Source: Bdellovibrionales bacterium
GTDB taxonomy: Bacteria > Bdellovibrionota > Bdellovibrionia > Bdellovibrionales > JAGQZY01
Assembly: GCA_965218815.1 (NCBI GenBank)
Contig: CBDCLX010000002.1
Location: forward strand, 693,044 to 757,043
DNA: 64,000 nt
Direction: 5' to 3'
This document shows positions 50,944-61,411 of this stretch, one piece after another. The stretch's first letter is position 1. Every line of letters begins with the position of its first letter. The notes beneath the pieces are model-generated. The model was given only the letters and a program-made list of their open reading frames with translations. It was not told where the DNA came from and did not search any database. Position numbers and translations under genes: made by a program.

Positions 50944-52260
50944 ATGAATCATTTATTGACAGGTCTTTTTGTTTTATCCTTACTTTTTTTCACCAATGTC
51001 TTTGCCGAGGTGACTTTTCATTTTCCAGACACGGACGAAGGTGAAGTTTGTGTAAAACAAACCCAGACATGGATTGAGGATGTCAACAAAAAATTACCTG
51101 AAAACTGGATTCCCGATGATGATTTTCATATCCTTTATTCAGGTCCCGGAGAGTATGGCCAGGCAAAATACTATCCTGTTTATCATTACTCTACTACGAT
51201 TGAAGCGACTCAAAAGGTGATTGTTTTTGGAGGTATTTGCCAAAAGGCTTTATTCCTTCACGCTTACAGCCATCTCGTACTTGATAATTTAATGAGAAAA
51301 GAATCCTCTCCCTGGGAATATTTTATCGTATGGTATGAGATCCGATTTTATGATATTGATGAAACCATCACTGAAGATACTGAAGGTTTAACCTCTCTTA
51401 GAAGAATGTATCAGGAACGCATCCAAGCTGTAGAATCGGCAGACACTGAAGAAGAGAAGGCTTTTCATACTGGTGTTGCAAACGGGATGAGAAATTCCAT
51501 ATCCTTTTATGAAGGAAGAATTGGCAGACTTACCCGTGCTCAACAGATTCAGGCTCAAACCCCAGTTCCTTTGAATGTATTTAACTCTTATGAGGCTTTA
51601 AATTCTTTTTATAAACTCTTTGCCGACACAGTCATTGTTCTTGTTTCCGGGGATTGGTCCGCTGTTAAAAAAGCGACTCTCTCCAGTTGGGACCATATGA
51701 AAGCCAATGGTTTTCAGCTTAATGAGGTTCTGCTTCTTCCAGAAACGGGTGGTGAAGAGCCCCTATCAGCTATACTGAGACATAGCGATTTTGTCAGTGG
51801 TCTTTCCGTTGAAAACTATGCTTATGCTCCATGGGAGGAGAGTAATACTAACTTTCATTTTGCTCCCATGCGTTCATGGATAAGGGACAGTATGAAAAAA
51901 AATAAGGACCTGACGGCCACAAATATGATCCAGGCTCTCGGTCTTTCCATTATTGATGTTTACGAAGGGGAGTTGATTCCCAATCCGGAAAACCTGGAAA
52001 GACCCCTTCTTGAACAAAACCGAAGTCTGCGTGAGGCCCTTACGAAGCGTCTGTCTCCTGGTGAGCTTGAATTATTGAAATCGGCACTCAAGACTAACAC
52101 TGCATTTTTTCTTCGCAATCCTCGTTTGTCTATTCTGGCTGTAAATCCAGACCCCAATGATCCCAGACCTTTTTTAGACTTTCCGATGACAGGAGATCAT
52201 GTCACTGGTAGTGGAGGAACTGAAAACGGTGAAGTCACAGGGCGACCATACCAGTGGTGA
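50944..52260 (+). CDS. secreted protein, possibly a degenerate zincin metallopeptidase
   Basis: Signal peptide ending VFA; HAYSH and KLFAD resemble HExxH and ExxAD; GGGGAGG RBS. Confidence 0.55.
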   Translation: MNHLLTGLFVLSLLFFTNVFAEVTFHFPDTDEGEVCVKQTQTWIEDVNKKLPENWIPDDDFHILYSGPGEYGQAKYYPVYHYSTTIEATQKVIVFGGICQKALFLHAYSHLVLDNLMRKESSPWEYFIVWYEIRFYDIDETITEDTEGLTSLRRMYQERIQAVESADTEEEKAFHTGVANGMRNSISFYEGRIGRLTRAQQIQAQTPVPLNVFNSYEALNSFYKLFADTVIVLVSGDWSAVKKATLSSWDHMKANGFQLNEVLLLPETGGEEPLSAILRHSDFVSGLSVENYAYAPWEESNTNFHFAPMRSWIRDSMKKNKDLTATNMIQALGLSIIDVYEGELIPNPENLERPLLEQNRSLREALTKRLSPGELELLKSALKTNTAFFLRNPRLSILAVNPDPNDPRPFLDFPMTGDHVTGSGGTENGEVTGRPYQW

Positions 52261-52479
52261 GTAGGGAGAGTTGGGATTTTTATAGATCAGTTAAACAGCT
52301 CCCATGAAAAGTTTTTGAGCAGGATCGTGATTTCATAGAAAGTTCATCCCATTATATTTCGTCGGATTTGATATGATCAGGCTCTCGGTTGTTTGACAAA
52401 TAATTAAAATCAAATATGAATATCAAAAAAGTCAGATCCCAAGATATGTCAAATTTGTCAACCCAGATGAAGTTTTGTA

Positions 52480-52950
52480 ATGAGGAATAAATATTTGAAT
52501 ACAAAGACTCAGTACACCAATTTATTCAGATTGACTGACAGAAAAAAAGAGATTTTAAAAAATGAGCTGTGTTTTCAGTACAGTCGCAGTTCAGGGCCTG
52601 GCGGACAAAAAGTCAATAAAACGGAAACCCGGGTGGAAGCCCGTTTAAATATTCCGGAAAGTCAGGCGTTTACTGATAATCAAAAACAGAGACTGATTGA
52701 AAAACTGGGATCACGAATCAACAGGGAAGGGGAGCTTGTTTTGTTTTCAGAAAAGTTTCGCAGCCGGCTTCAAAATAAAAAACAGGTTTTTTTAAATTTA
52801 TGTAAGGAAATTCAGGAGGCTTTGACTCAACCAAAACCAAGAAAGAAAACAAAATCACCGAAAGTGGCTGTTGAAACCCGTTTGAAGGATAAGAAAAAAC
52901 AATCTGAGAAAAAAAAGAACCGGGAAAAGGGACTCCGGCAAGAGCCATAA
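52480..52950 (+). CDS. arfB: alternative ribosome-rescue peptidyl-tRNA hydrolase
   Basis: RSSGPGGQKVNK, basic C-terminal tail. Confidence 0.9.
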   Translation: MRNKYLNTKTQYTNLFRLTDRKKEILKNELCFQYSRSSGPGGQKVNKTETRVEARLNIPESQAFTDNQKQRLIEKLGSRINREGELVLFSEKFRSRLQNKKQVFLNLCKEIQEALTQPKPRKKTKSPKVAVETRLKDKKKQSEKKKNREKGLRQEP

Positions 52951-52951
52951 G

Positions 52952-53298
52952 ATTGGAAGAAATGCTGAGAAGAGGGGAGAGGGGGGAGTCAGACTGGTTT
53001 ATTGGTGTGATATTGATCTGTTTGAATTGTTTTTTCCTTGGTTTTTCAGTTTTTCCCTGCCAGCTTCTGATCACCGAAGGATAAATACCCGTGGCTTTGC
53101 TCAGATCAGGAACTCTCTTCCCAGAAGAAAGTTCACCAATAATAGTTTGTTTGAAACCTTTGGGCCAGAGAACCCGGAGACGATCTTTGTTTTCAAAACG
53201 AATCCTCTCACTCAACTCCTTCAACTCGTCGATTGTCATGAAAACGGAATAACAGAAAAATAAAATTAAAAAAAAGACCGTCCAAAAGTTGGGGTTAC
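52952..53298 (-). mobile_element. IS remnant (IS66 TnpA-like HTH ORF, truncated)
   Basis: From ATG 53239: MTIDELKELS...WPKGFKQ...LSKATGIYPSVIRSWQ...FKQINI; GTAA-starting end at 53298; no tnpB or tnpC. Confidence 0.5.
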
Positions 53299-53390
53299 AC
53301 ACAGTCAGACTGACTGTGACAGATCAACTGGGAAATAATCAGTTTCAGGAAAAAATTGTTGTGGTGGAGCCTGTAAACAGACGACCCCTT
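53299..53390 (+). pseudogene. PKD-domain fragment
   Basis: Reads (H)TVRLTVTDQLGNNQFQEKIVVVEPVNRRP, beginning at the IS end. Confidence 0.5.
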
Positions 53391-53460
53391 ATGTCTGAAA
53401 AACAGTTTTTTAAAACTGAGAAAAATGAAAAATAAAGTTATTATTAAAAATAAAAAAATT

Positions 53461-54978
53461 TTACCTGGGTGTCCTCACAAGGCGGAAACCGAAAATCTTG
53501 TAGCGGTCCAGCGGCCCGCTGCTGTAACGAATGGCCGACCGCAAGCCACGAGCGAAGTAGCTCCAACTTCCGCCACGCAGAACCCGGTCAGAGCCAACTT
53601 CCGGCCCTCTTGGATCAGTGAGTGGACCTGTCGGATACTTTTCATGCCAATCCTCCACCCACTCCCACACATTCCCATGAACATCATACAAACCCAATGG
53701 ATTAGGGCCTTTTGTGGCCACCACTCTCGTCTGACCACCGGAATTCTCTGAATACCAGCCATACTTCTTTAAATCTGAAACATTGTCACCAAAGGAGTAT
53801 GCCGTTGTTGTTCCTCCTCTTGCGGCATACTCCCATTCCGCTTCTGTTGGCAAACGATACTCATAACCTTCACCCTTTCTCTCAGCCCTCTCGTTATACG
53901 CCTTCAAAAATTTTTTCACATCCTTATGGGAAACACTCTCAACCGGAAAAAGGGCACACATTGAAAAACCATCCCTTTCCATGTGACTCCCTGGACAATA
54001 CCTCTCCTCCTTAAAATAGGATGGATTAGAACCCATCAAATCAAACCACTGAAATTGTGTTACCTCTATGGGACTTATTTCAAAATCCTTTTTCAAAATC
54101 ACCCTGTGTCTCAACTCATCCCCATCCCGGCCCTTCTCTGATCTCGGACTGCCCATCATAAATTCACCAGCCTTCACGGAAACAAAGGGAACTTCGGAAA
54201 TATTCACATAAGGCTTCACAAAACTTCTTAAAACACTGTATTCAATACCCGTCTTATCCCTTGAATAACTTAAGTGAGGAATCTTATCCCCCTCAACTCC
54301 AATCACATTATCCACTAAACTCTCAATAGCGGAATTTAACCCCTTAACAGCACCACTCAATCCTTGACCATCATTGATCTTTTTATTGAACTCCTCAATT
54401 CTCAATCTCAAATCTGACAACTCTTGTGGATCCGGAATGCTTTCCGCTTCACAGGTCTTTGAGGGATCCAGGCAATTCTTAACGATCTCAGGATTCTCAT
54501 ACCTTTTAACAAAACCCAGAATTCTATTCTCCTGTCTTTGGACTTCGTCCCTTTGTCTTTCCAAATCCTGAACTTGGTTTTGATAGGATAGGCTATAAGC
54601 TTTCAATTGCTCCGCCTCCTTTTGCCCCAAAGTGTCGAAATCAGGGACCCTTAAAGCAAGTTTAAGCCTGTTCTTGAAATCCTCAACGGAAACTCTTATC
54701 GAAAGGTCGGACTGACAATCACTCCTCTTATCAATAACAGAGTACCTCTCACACACTTTAATAACAATCTCGTCGCCGTCTTTATAAAAAAGAATAACAT
54801 CAGCATCAGGACCGACAAGGGTCAGACTGGTTTTGTGCAGTTTGTAACCGTATGGGAAAGAGGCCAGACTCCTCATCTTTTTTTCATATTTGTCAATGGC
54901 TGTGCTGTTATCAGCTTTTTTGCTGAAAAAGGCACAGGATGGCAAGATCATCCATAGTATTATTAAAGCTAATTTCAT
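53461..54978 (-). CDS. lipoprotein with coiled coil and C-terminal FGE-sulfatase (CLec-fold) domain; probable DGR target
   Basis: ILPSC lipobox; FMMGS, YRLPTEAEWEYAARGG, GLYDVHGNVWEW, RVLRGGSW, GFRLV. Confidence 0.88.
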   Translation of the reverse strand: MKLALIILWMILPSCAFFSKKADNSTAIDKYEKKMRSLASFPYGYKLHKTSLTLVGPDADVILFYKDGDEIVIKVCERYSVIDKRSDCQSDLSIRVSVEDFKNRLKLALRVPDFDTLGQKEAEQLKAYSLSYQNQVQDLERQRDEVQRQENRILGFVKRYENPEIVKNCLDPSKTCEAESIPDPQELSDLRLRIEEFNKKINDGQGLSGAVKGLNSAIESLVDNVIGVEGDKIPHLSYSRDKTGIEYSVLRSFVKPYVNISEVPFVSVKAGEFMMGSPRSEKGRDGDELRHRVILKKDFEISPIEVTQFQWFDLMGSNPSYFKEERYCPGSHMERDGFSMCALFPVESVSHKDVKKFLKAYNERAERKGEGYEYRLPTEAEWEYAARGGTTTAYSFGDNVSDLKKYGWYSENSGGQTRVVATKGPNPLGLYDVHGNVWEWVEDWHEKYPTGPLTDPRGPEVGSDRVLRGGSWSYFARGLRSAIRYSSGPLDRYKIFGFRLVRTPR

Positions 54979-55472
54979 TTTTCCTCCCTCAAACCTCCTG
55001 AAAACAGGCTGGTTAGTCTTGAATTATCAGAGACCCTCAATTCCCAAAAAACATGAAAATTCGAGTGTGTTTAAACAGTCACAGAATACCCGCTCCCGAC
55101 CCCCATTTCAACCGAAATGTTTTGACCTCCAATTCGAGATGTTTTATCATTCACTAAAGTCTGGCAACTTATATGATAAAAAACATTTATTCTACAGACT
55201 TGAGTTTCTCTTCACCAGACTTGGAGTCATAAATTCTCAATCAAAATCCCACTCAAATGACCACAAAATGGGAGTCATAGAACAAAAAGATCAGAAAAAA
55301 CTCAGAAACTCAGAAAAAACCCGGAAAACAAGGGCGAGAATATCTCTCAATTTCGTGAAAAATAACTTTTATCCTACCTATACACCCGGATTACCTTGAT
55401 CTTAGAGCTATTTCCCACTATGACTGTTTCTCAAACAGCAAAGAAGTTTATCGAAATCATTGAATAGAAAAT

Positions 55473-57884
55473 ATGAGTGAACGATCTGTTGAAACAATAA
55501 AAAAGCAACTTGTGGAACTGGAAAGAGAGAAAAAAAAGCTTCTTTCTGAACTGTCTTTATTGCAAACTCAGAGAAACCTTGAAGAAGCCAATCATCCTTC
55601 AATTGGAGATGGAGTATCTTCAAAGGTTCCAACAACACCAGATGAAAAAATTGATCTTTTTTTAAAACTCTTTGCTTGCAGAACTGATGTTTTCCCAAAA
55701 TTTTGGGAAAACAGAAAAACAGGCAAGAAAGGATATTCTCCTGTTTGTTCCAATGAATGGGTTCGTGGAGTTTGCGAAAAACCGAAAATTAAGTGTACAG
55801 ACTGCACACATAAAGCCTTTAAACAACTTGATGAAAAATCAATTTCAGATCATCTTATGGGGAAAATAACTCTAGGAACCTACACGATTAGAAATGATGA
55901 TAGTTGCAAATTTATGGCTGCTGATTTTGATGACAAGCAGTGGGAGCAGGATATTATCTTATTTAAAAAAGAAGCCGAAAAACTTGGCATTGATGTTGCC
56001 ATTGAGAGATCCCGATCCGGTTATGGTGGCCATGCCTGGATATTTTTTTCAGAATTTATACCGGCTTCATTAGCCAGACGACTTGGTTCCATCATTATGA
56101 CCAGAGCTATTATGAAATCAACCAGGTTTGATCTTTCTTCGTATGATCGGTTTTTTCCCAATCAGGACTATATGCCAAAAGGTGGCTTTGGAAACCTTAT
56201 AGCTCTGCCACTTCAGAAAGTGCCAAGGCAAAGTGGTAACAGTGTTTTTATTTCTGATAATCTCAAGCCCATTGAAGACCAATGGAAATTTCTATCATCC
56301 ATTCGGACTTTAAGTTATCTGGATGTTTTGAATCTGGTTAATAAAGTTTCACCATCCTTTGATAGAGCTGTCTTCCCTGTAGAGAATGAGAATCAATTAT
56401 GGTCTGAAAACTCTCTTGATATAATGGCTCAACAGATTAAAGATCAGTGTTTTGGACAGGAAATTTCAGCAGAACTGTCATCCCAGCTTTATATCAATAT
56501 TGAAGGTGTGTCTTCAAAACTGGTGGCTGCCTTTAAAAGACTTGCGACGTTTGCAAATCCAGAATTTTTTCAAAAACAAAAAATGAGATTTTCAACCTGG
56601 AATATTCCAAAATACATATTTTGTGGAGAACAAGAAGACAATTATCTCGTTCTACCAAGTGGTCTTTTGGAAAAAGTCGAAGAAATTTGTAAAGATGCTG
56701 GTGCCAGGTTAAATCTTAGAGATAACAGACCCAATCATCATAAGTTTAAAATTTCTTTTAAGGGTAAACTTAAAAAAGAGCAAAAAAAAGCTTTGGAGGA
56801 AATCATTCAGTATGAAAATGGAGTGTTCGTTGCTCCTCCCGGATCAGGGAAAACAGTGGTGGGTTGTGCTGTTATTTCAAAAAGAAAATCATCTACTCTT
56901 GTTCTTGTCCATAGGGCACCACTTCTTGACCAGTGGAAACAAAGGCTCTCTGAATTTGTTAATTTTGATATTAAGAAAATTGGAATTATTAATGGTCAAA
57001 AGAAAAAACCTCAAGGGAAGATCGACATAGCTATGATGCAAACCATTAGCAAGATGGATGAAGATGATCTTCAAAAGTTATTGAATAAATATGAGCAAAT
57101 TGTTGTGGATGAATGTCATCATATTGCCGCTTTCACCTTTGAGTCGATTTTGAAGAAATCCCCGGCCCGTTACATTCTTGGTTTGACGGCGACCCCTTAC
57201 AGGAAGGACGGCCATCAGGCTATTATTTATATGCAATCTGGTCCTATTCGTTATGAAATGTCTGGGGAGGAAATTAAATTTAACTCAAAAAGGGTGATTG
57301 TCAGAAATTCGGATTTTAAACTTCCAGATGAAGCCGGTTTACAACCTCCTATTCACCAGGTTTGGAATCACCTTATCAATGATGAAGGAAGACTTGAACT
57401 TGTGTCAGATGATATTATTGATGCTTTGGATGAAGCCAGAGTTCCCCTTGTTCTTTCCGAGAGAAAAGAGCATTTGCGACTTTTGAAAAAGAATCTTTTA
57501 AGTAAAAATATTTCAGAAAATCGTGTTTTTATTCTTGATGGTGACCTTTCCAAAAAACAAAGAAACCTGATTCTTGATGAAATTAATGTTGCCATAGACA
57601 GAAAACAACCTGTTTGTATTCTAACCACTGGTTCACTTATTGGTGAGGGATTTGATTTACCTGCTTTGGACACCCTGTTTTTAACAATGCCGATTGCATT
57701 CAGAGGAAGAGTCATTCAATATGCCGGTCGTATTCATAGGCCCGTTAAAGGCAAGAGTGAAGTCAGAATTTATGATTATGTTGATCCATGGTCAAGTCTG
57801 ACTCTTTCCATGTTTAAAAAACGAGCAAAAGCTTATCGGAGTATGGGTTATAAAATTGAATCACCTCCAGCAATCAGATGGTAA
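55473..57884 (+). CDS. TOTE-type archaeo-eukaryotic primase domain fused to SF2 (DEAH) helicase
   Basis: ADFDD, SRSGYGGHAW, FFPNQD, GNLIALPL (AEP); PGSGKT, DECHH, TATP, GEGFD, QYAGRIHR. Confidence 0.85.
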   Translation: MSERSVETIKKQLVELEREKKKLLSELSLLQTQRNLEEANHPSIGDGVSSKVPTTPDEKIDLFLKLFACRTDVFPKFWENRKTGKKGYSPVCSNEWVRGVCEKPKIKCTDCTHKAFKQLDEKSISDHLMGKITLGTYTIRNDDSCKFMAADFDDKQWEQDIILFKKEAEKLGIDVAIERSRSGYGGHAWIFFSEFIPASLARRLGSIIMTRAIMKSTRFDLSSYDRFFPNQDYMPKGGFGNLIALPLQKVPRQSGNSVFISDNLKPIEDQWKFLSSIRTLSYLDVLNLVNKVSPSFDRAVFPVENENQLWSENSLDIMAQQIKDQCFGQEISAELSSQLYINIEGVSSKLVAAFKRLATFANPEFFQKQKMRFSTWNIPKYIFCGEQEDNYLVLPSGLLEKVEEICKDAGARLNLRDNRPNHHKFKISFKGKLKKEQKKALEEIIQYENGVFVAPPGSGKTVVGCAVISKRKSSTLVLVHRAPLLDQWKQRLSEFVNFDIKKIGIINGQKKKPQGKIDIAMMQTISKMDEDDLQKLLNKYEQIVVDECHHIAAFTFESILKKSPARYILGLTATPYRKDGHQAIIYMQSGPIRYEMSGEEIKFNSKRVIVRNSDFKLPDEAGLQPPIHQVWNHLINDEGRLELVSDDIIDALDEARVPLVLSERKEHLRLLKKNLLSKNISENRVFILDGDLSKKQRNLILDEINVAIDRKQPVCILTTGSLIGEGFDLPALDTLFLTMPIAFRGRVIQYAGRIHRPVKGKSEVRIYDYVDPWSSLTLSMFKKRAKAYRSMGYKIESPPAIRW

Positions 57885-57899
57885 AAATCACTTTCGCTT

Positions 57900-58165
57900 T
57901 ATCATCATAGACATAGCGTTGGACAACATCCCCTGATGGATTTGTAATCTCTGCTGTGGAACCCAGACGGTCATGGTGGTAGTAATATCTCTGGGCTGTG
58001 AATATGTTATTTGTATGGGGACTTGTCGGTCTTTCCATTACCATCACTTCATCTGTTCTGTCACTGTGGGTGTACTTGGCTTCCATTGTGTTTTGAGAGT
58101 TAAACTCCAGTAAAATATTATCTCTATCGTGAACATAGTTTGTGATCGTGTCATTGACATCTTTT
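57900..58165 (-). pseudogene. Rhs core fragment
   Basis: NDTITNYVHDRDNILLEF...YYYHHDRLGSTAEITN...QRYVYD, paralogous to the two larger Rhs cores and truncated at both ends. Confidence 0.85.
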
Positions 58166-58250
58166 TAATTGATCTATCCATTCTTATACTTTTGCCTTGC
58201 TATGTCCACTCTTTTAAGTGATTTTGTGTTTGTAGTGTCATAGATATAAG

Positions 58251-58673
58251 TCAAAGGGTAATCCGGGTTATTAACATCCAAATTTGATAGGCAAAGGGTG
58301 TATTTTCAATTGGAATAAAGAAGAGATATATTAAAACTCCGATAGAAAAAGAAATCGTTATTAAAGGTTCTAAAATAAAAAATACATTTTTGCCTTTTGG
58401 AGATTTGAGAAATGATATACCTACAAAAAAACCAAAAATGGCACTAATAATAAAAGCTATAAAAGTTAATATTATATTGAGAATATCTATTACCTCATGA
58501 GTAGGATTATACAATAAATCCAAGAGCATCAAAATTAGAAAAACAGTTAATTTCATCATAGGCAATGAAAATAATGGCCGTGTAATTGACAATTTTTTTA
58601 AATATAAAATTGTGTGTTTTAATACACTTAAAAAATAATTTTTCGTTTTTTCATTTGTTTGTATTTGAGACAT
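58251..58673 (-). CDS. putative Rhs immunity protein (membrane, KSPxGK family)
   Basis: Starts 10 bp after the Rhs stop; 3 TM segments; FLKSPKGK...ILEP. Confidence 0.7.
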   Translation of the reverse strand: MSQIQTNEKTKNYFLSVLKHTILYLKKLSITRPLFSLPMMKLTVFLILMLLDLLYNPTHEVIDILNIILTFIAFIISAIFGFFVGISFLKSPKGKNVFFILEPLITISFSIGVLIYLFFIPIENTPFAYQIWMLITRITL

Positions 58674-58682
58674 TTAAAATGA

Positions 58683-60443
58683 TTAAATAACCGGTTGTTT
58701 TTCATTATTATCCGGTAAAAATTCTTCAAGCCGATGTTCAAGTTTTCTTATTTTTTTCCTTAATGCACTGATCCTCTTTTGCAATTTATCTCTCCTTTTT
58801 TGCTTTGAAGGATCACAACTTGCATCTTCTATGGCTTTTTTCATGTCTTCAATAAGTCCTTTAAGAACAAACTTATAGAAAGCTATTGCTATGATGATTG
58901 CTCCAATTGTAAGTGGTATAGCAACAACATAACTTGGAATAGTCCCATTAGGATCAGTCAAGTTTAAAGAATTATTCTCCACATATCCATACAAATTAAA
59001 ATCTCCCCCTCTAAAACCAATAGGATCAGAACTGATCCACCTTCCAGCTTCTGTGTCATAGTACCTGGCCCTGTGGTAATGAAGTCCTGTTTCAGGATCA
59101 CGTTCACGTCCTGTGAAAGTGTATGGGGTTTTTAGATAATCTGTGCTGGATTCTGTAATAGCTGCTCCGTCCTTGTCGTAAATACTCGTGTTCCCAAAAG
59201 AGTCATAGATGTATCTCTGGACAACATCTCCGTCCAGGTTTGTGATCTCTGTGACTGATCCCAAACGATCATGGTGATAATAATACTTCTGAGTTAAAAA
59301 ACTCTCACTTGTATGTGGACTCTCAGGTCTTTCCATAATCATCACTTCATCTGTCCTGCCACTGTGTGTGTACTTGGCTTCCATCGTGTTCTGGGCATTG
59401 AACTCCAACAAAATATTGCCTCTATCATAGACATATTTGGTTATGGTGTCATTCACATTTTTCTGTATTCTTCTTCCCAGAGCATCGTACCTGTAAGAAA
59501 CCTCACTTGTTGCCTGGGCAATACTACTGGGTCTTCTTGTCACAGAGGTGAGCCTGTTCTCATAATCCCAGGTGTAGGTTGTAACTTGTCCTGTTGCAAT
59601 ATGGGTTTTTTGTGTGAGGTTTCCGTTCCTGTCATAGACATAGGTGTAGGTTTTGTCATTTGTCAATTCATTGTTATCTGAGAATGTGGAATCCACGGTC
59701 TCTTCATCTCTTCTTAACCTGTTCCCTGAAAGATCATAGGTAAAGGTCTCTGTCCCTGTGCCCTGGGGCTTTGTGGCCGAGGTTAACTGATTGTCAGTGT
59801 CATAGATATAAGTCAGATGAGAGTTCACAGTCAACTCTGACCTGACGGTATCAACACCTGTGACATAGTCATTGAGATTATAGGAGTAAACAAAAGAGGA
59901 ATGGGTTTCTATTGTGGTCTCTCCCGAAGTTCCATCCTCGTTTAAAGGGGTTGTTGTCAGACTGTGAGTCAGTGTTCTTAACCGGTTGGGTTTTCCAGGG
60001 GTATAGAGGTATGAGGAAGTAACTCCATTGGGATAAATAGTTCCTGTCCTGTTGTCCAGTTTATTGTAGCTAAACCTAATAGACGAAGGATCAGTGGATG
60101 AGCGACCAATTCTAATGAGTCTGTTACTCTCATCATAACCATAGAAGATCTGATCGGCTCCAGCCACAGAATCATAAACTGATGTTATGTTATCGTTGTC
60201 ATCATAGGAGTAGAAAATATCCACATCGGGAACTGTTCGGGAATTGACTGTTGAGGCTTGTGTGAGGCGATCAGAATTGTCATAGGTAAAAAGAAGATCA
60301 GAGTCAGGGTCTGTGGCCGTGAGAAAATTGTTATTGGCATCATAGGTGAAAGTGTAAGAGCTTCCATCGGGAAAGAATTTGTTTTCAAGACGATTGAGAA
60401 CATCGTACTGGCTGGTGATAATGGCTCCGTTTTTATCTGTTTT
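58683..60443 (-). pseudogene. orphan Rhs cassette: YD repeats, Rhs core and TM/coiled-coil C-terminal domain; 5'-truncated
   Basis: YD repeats, ARYYDTEAGRWISSDPIG...DPNG, then an 86-aa tip; 5' end abuts the inverted OPT fragment. Confidence 0.88.
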
Positions 60444-61301
60444 TAAAAAGAAGGGGAAAAAACAGAACAAGCAACATCATTCCGATGTTCTGGCTTCCAT
60501 AGAATTACCAAGGATGGTTTCCTATATCGGGATTCCCGTTCTTGGCGTTTTTGTAATGATTATGGGAAAATCTTTTTTTGGTATTGATTACTGGCTTTCT
60601 GCCGTTGCTGTTCCCCTTGTTTTTATTTTTTCGATTATGGCGGTAAACTCCACAGGAGTGACAGCCATCACTCCTGGAGGGGTTTTGGGAAAAATGACCC
60701 AGGTCACTTACGCTATCCTGGCCCCTGGAAATATGGGAACAAACTTAATCACGGCGGGAATCACATCTGAAACCTGTTTGAGTGCTTCAAATCTCCTCAT
60801 GGATATTAAACCGGCCTATATGTTGGGAGGAAAACCCAGGCATCAGGCTATGGGACACGCCATTGGAATTGTTTGTGGGGGATTGGTTGCCGTACCCGTA
60901 TTCTATATGATGTTTCAGGGGGATATTTCTCTTTTCACCACGGAAAAGTTTCCAATGCCTGGGGCCACTGTCTGGAAAGCCGTTGCCGAGGTTCTCTCAA
61001 AGGGTCTTGGTGCCCTTCATCCCACAGCCCAGGTGGCAGTCCTTGTTGGGGCTGTGATGGGTGTTGTTTTTGAGTTTTTCAATCACAGAACCAGGGGGAA
61101 GTTTCCCCTTTCCCCTGTGGCTTTTGGGATCGCTTTTGTTTTGCCCTTTAATATTTCTGGCTTATGGGGAAAAAACCTGAAGAAAAAAGATCTTTCCGTT
61201 TCCAGACAATTTTTGAAAACAAAGAGAGCATTGGAGCGGGTATTATTGCCGGTGGTTCCATTGTGGAGATTGCACTGATGATTATGGAAACAGTGTTTTA
61301 A
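60443..61301 (+). pseudogene. OPT-family oligopeptide transporter fragment
   Basis: TPGGVLGKMTQ, LLMDIKPAYMLGGKPRHQ, FPMPGATVWKAVA; N-terminus missing; frame change near 61155 before GAGIIAGGS. Confidence 0.8.
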
Positions 61302-61411
61302 TAATGAATCCAATAGTAGTATCAGTCTTGATTTAATGACTACACAATTGAGTTCAGAAAGAGCTTTCTTGAAGTTTCCGTAAACGAGCATGATTTTCTC
61401 GGATGTGGAAC

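Noticed and set aside
52370-52389. Short near-duplicate of 51922-51942 (ATGATC[C]AGGCTCTCGGT)
   Set aside because: Too short and isolated to support a function
54890-55399. 169-aa ORF between the FGE gene and the helicase
   Set aside because: It overlaps the FGE gene antisense, has no RBS or recognisable motif, and is probably spurious across a regulatory region
61302-61411. Possible transposase or intron fragment between the OPT remnant and the immunity gene
   Set aside because: No frame gave a recognisable motif; left unassigned
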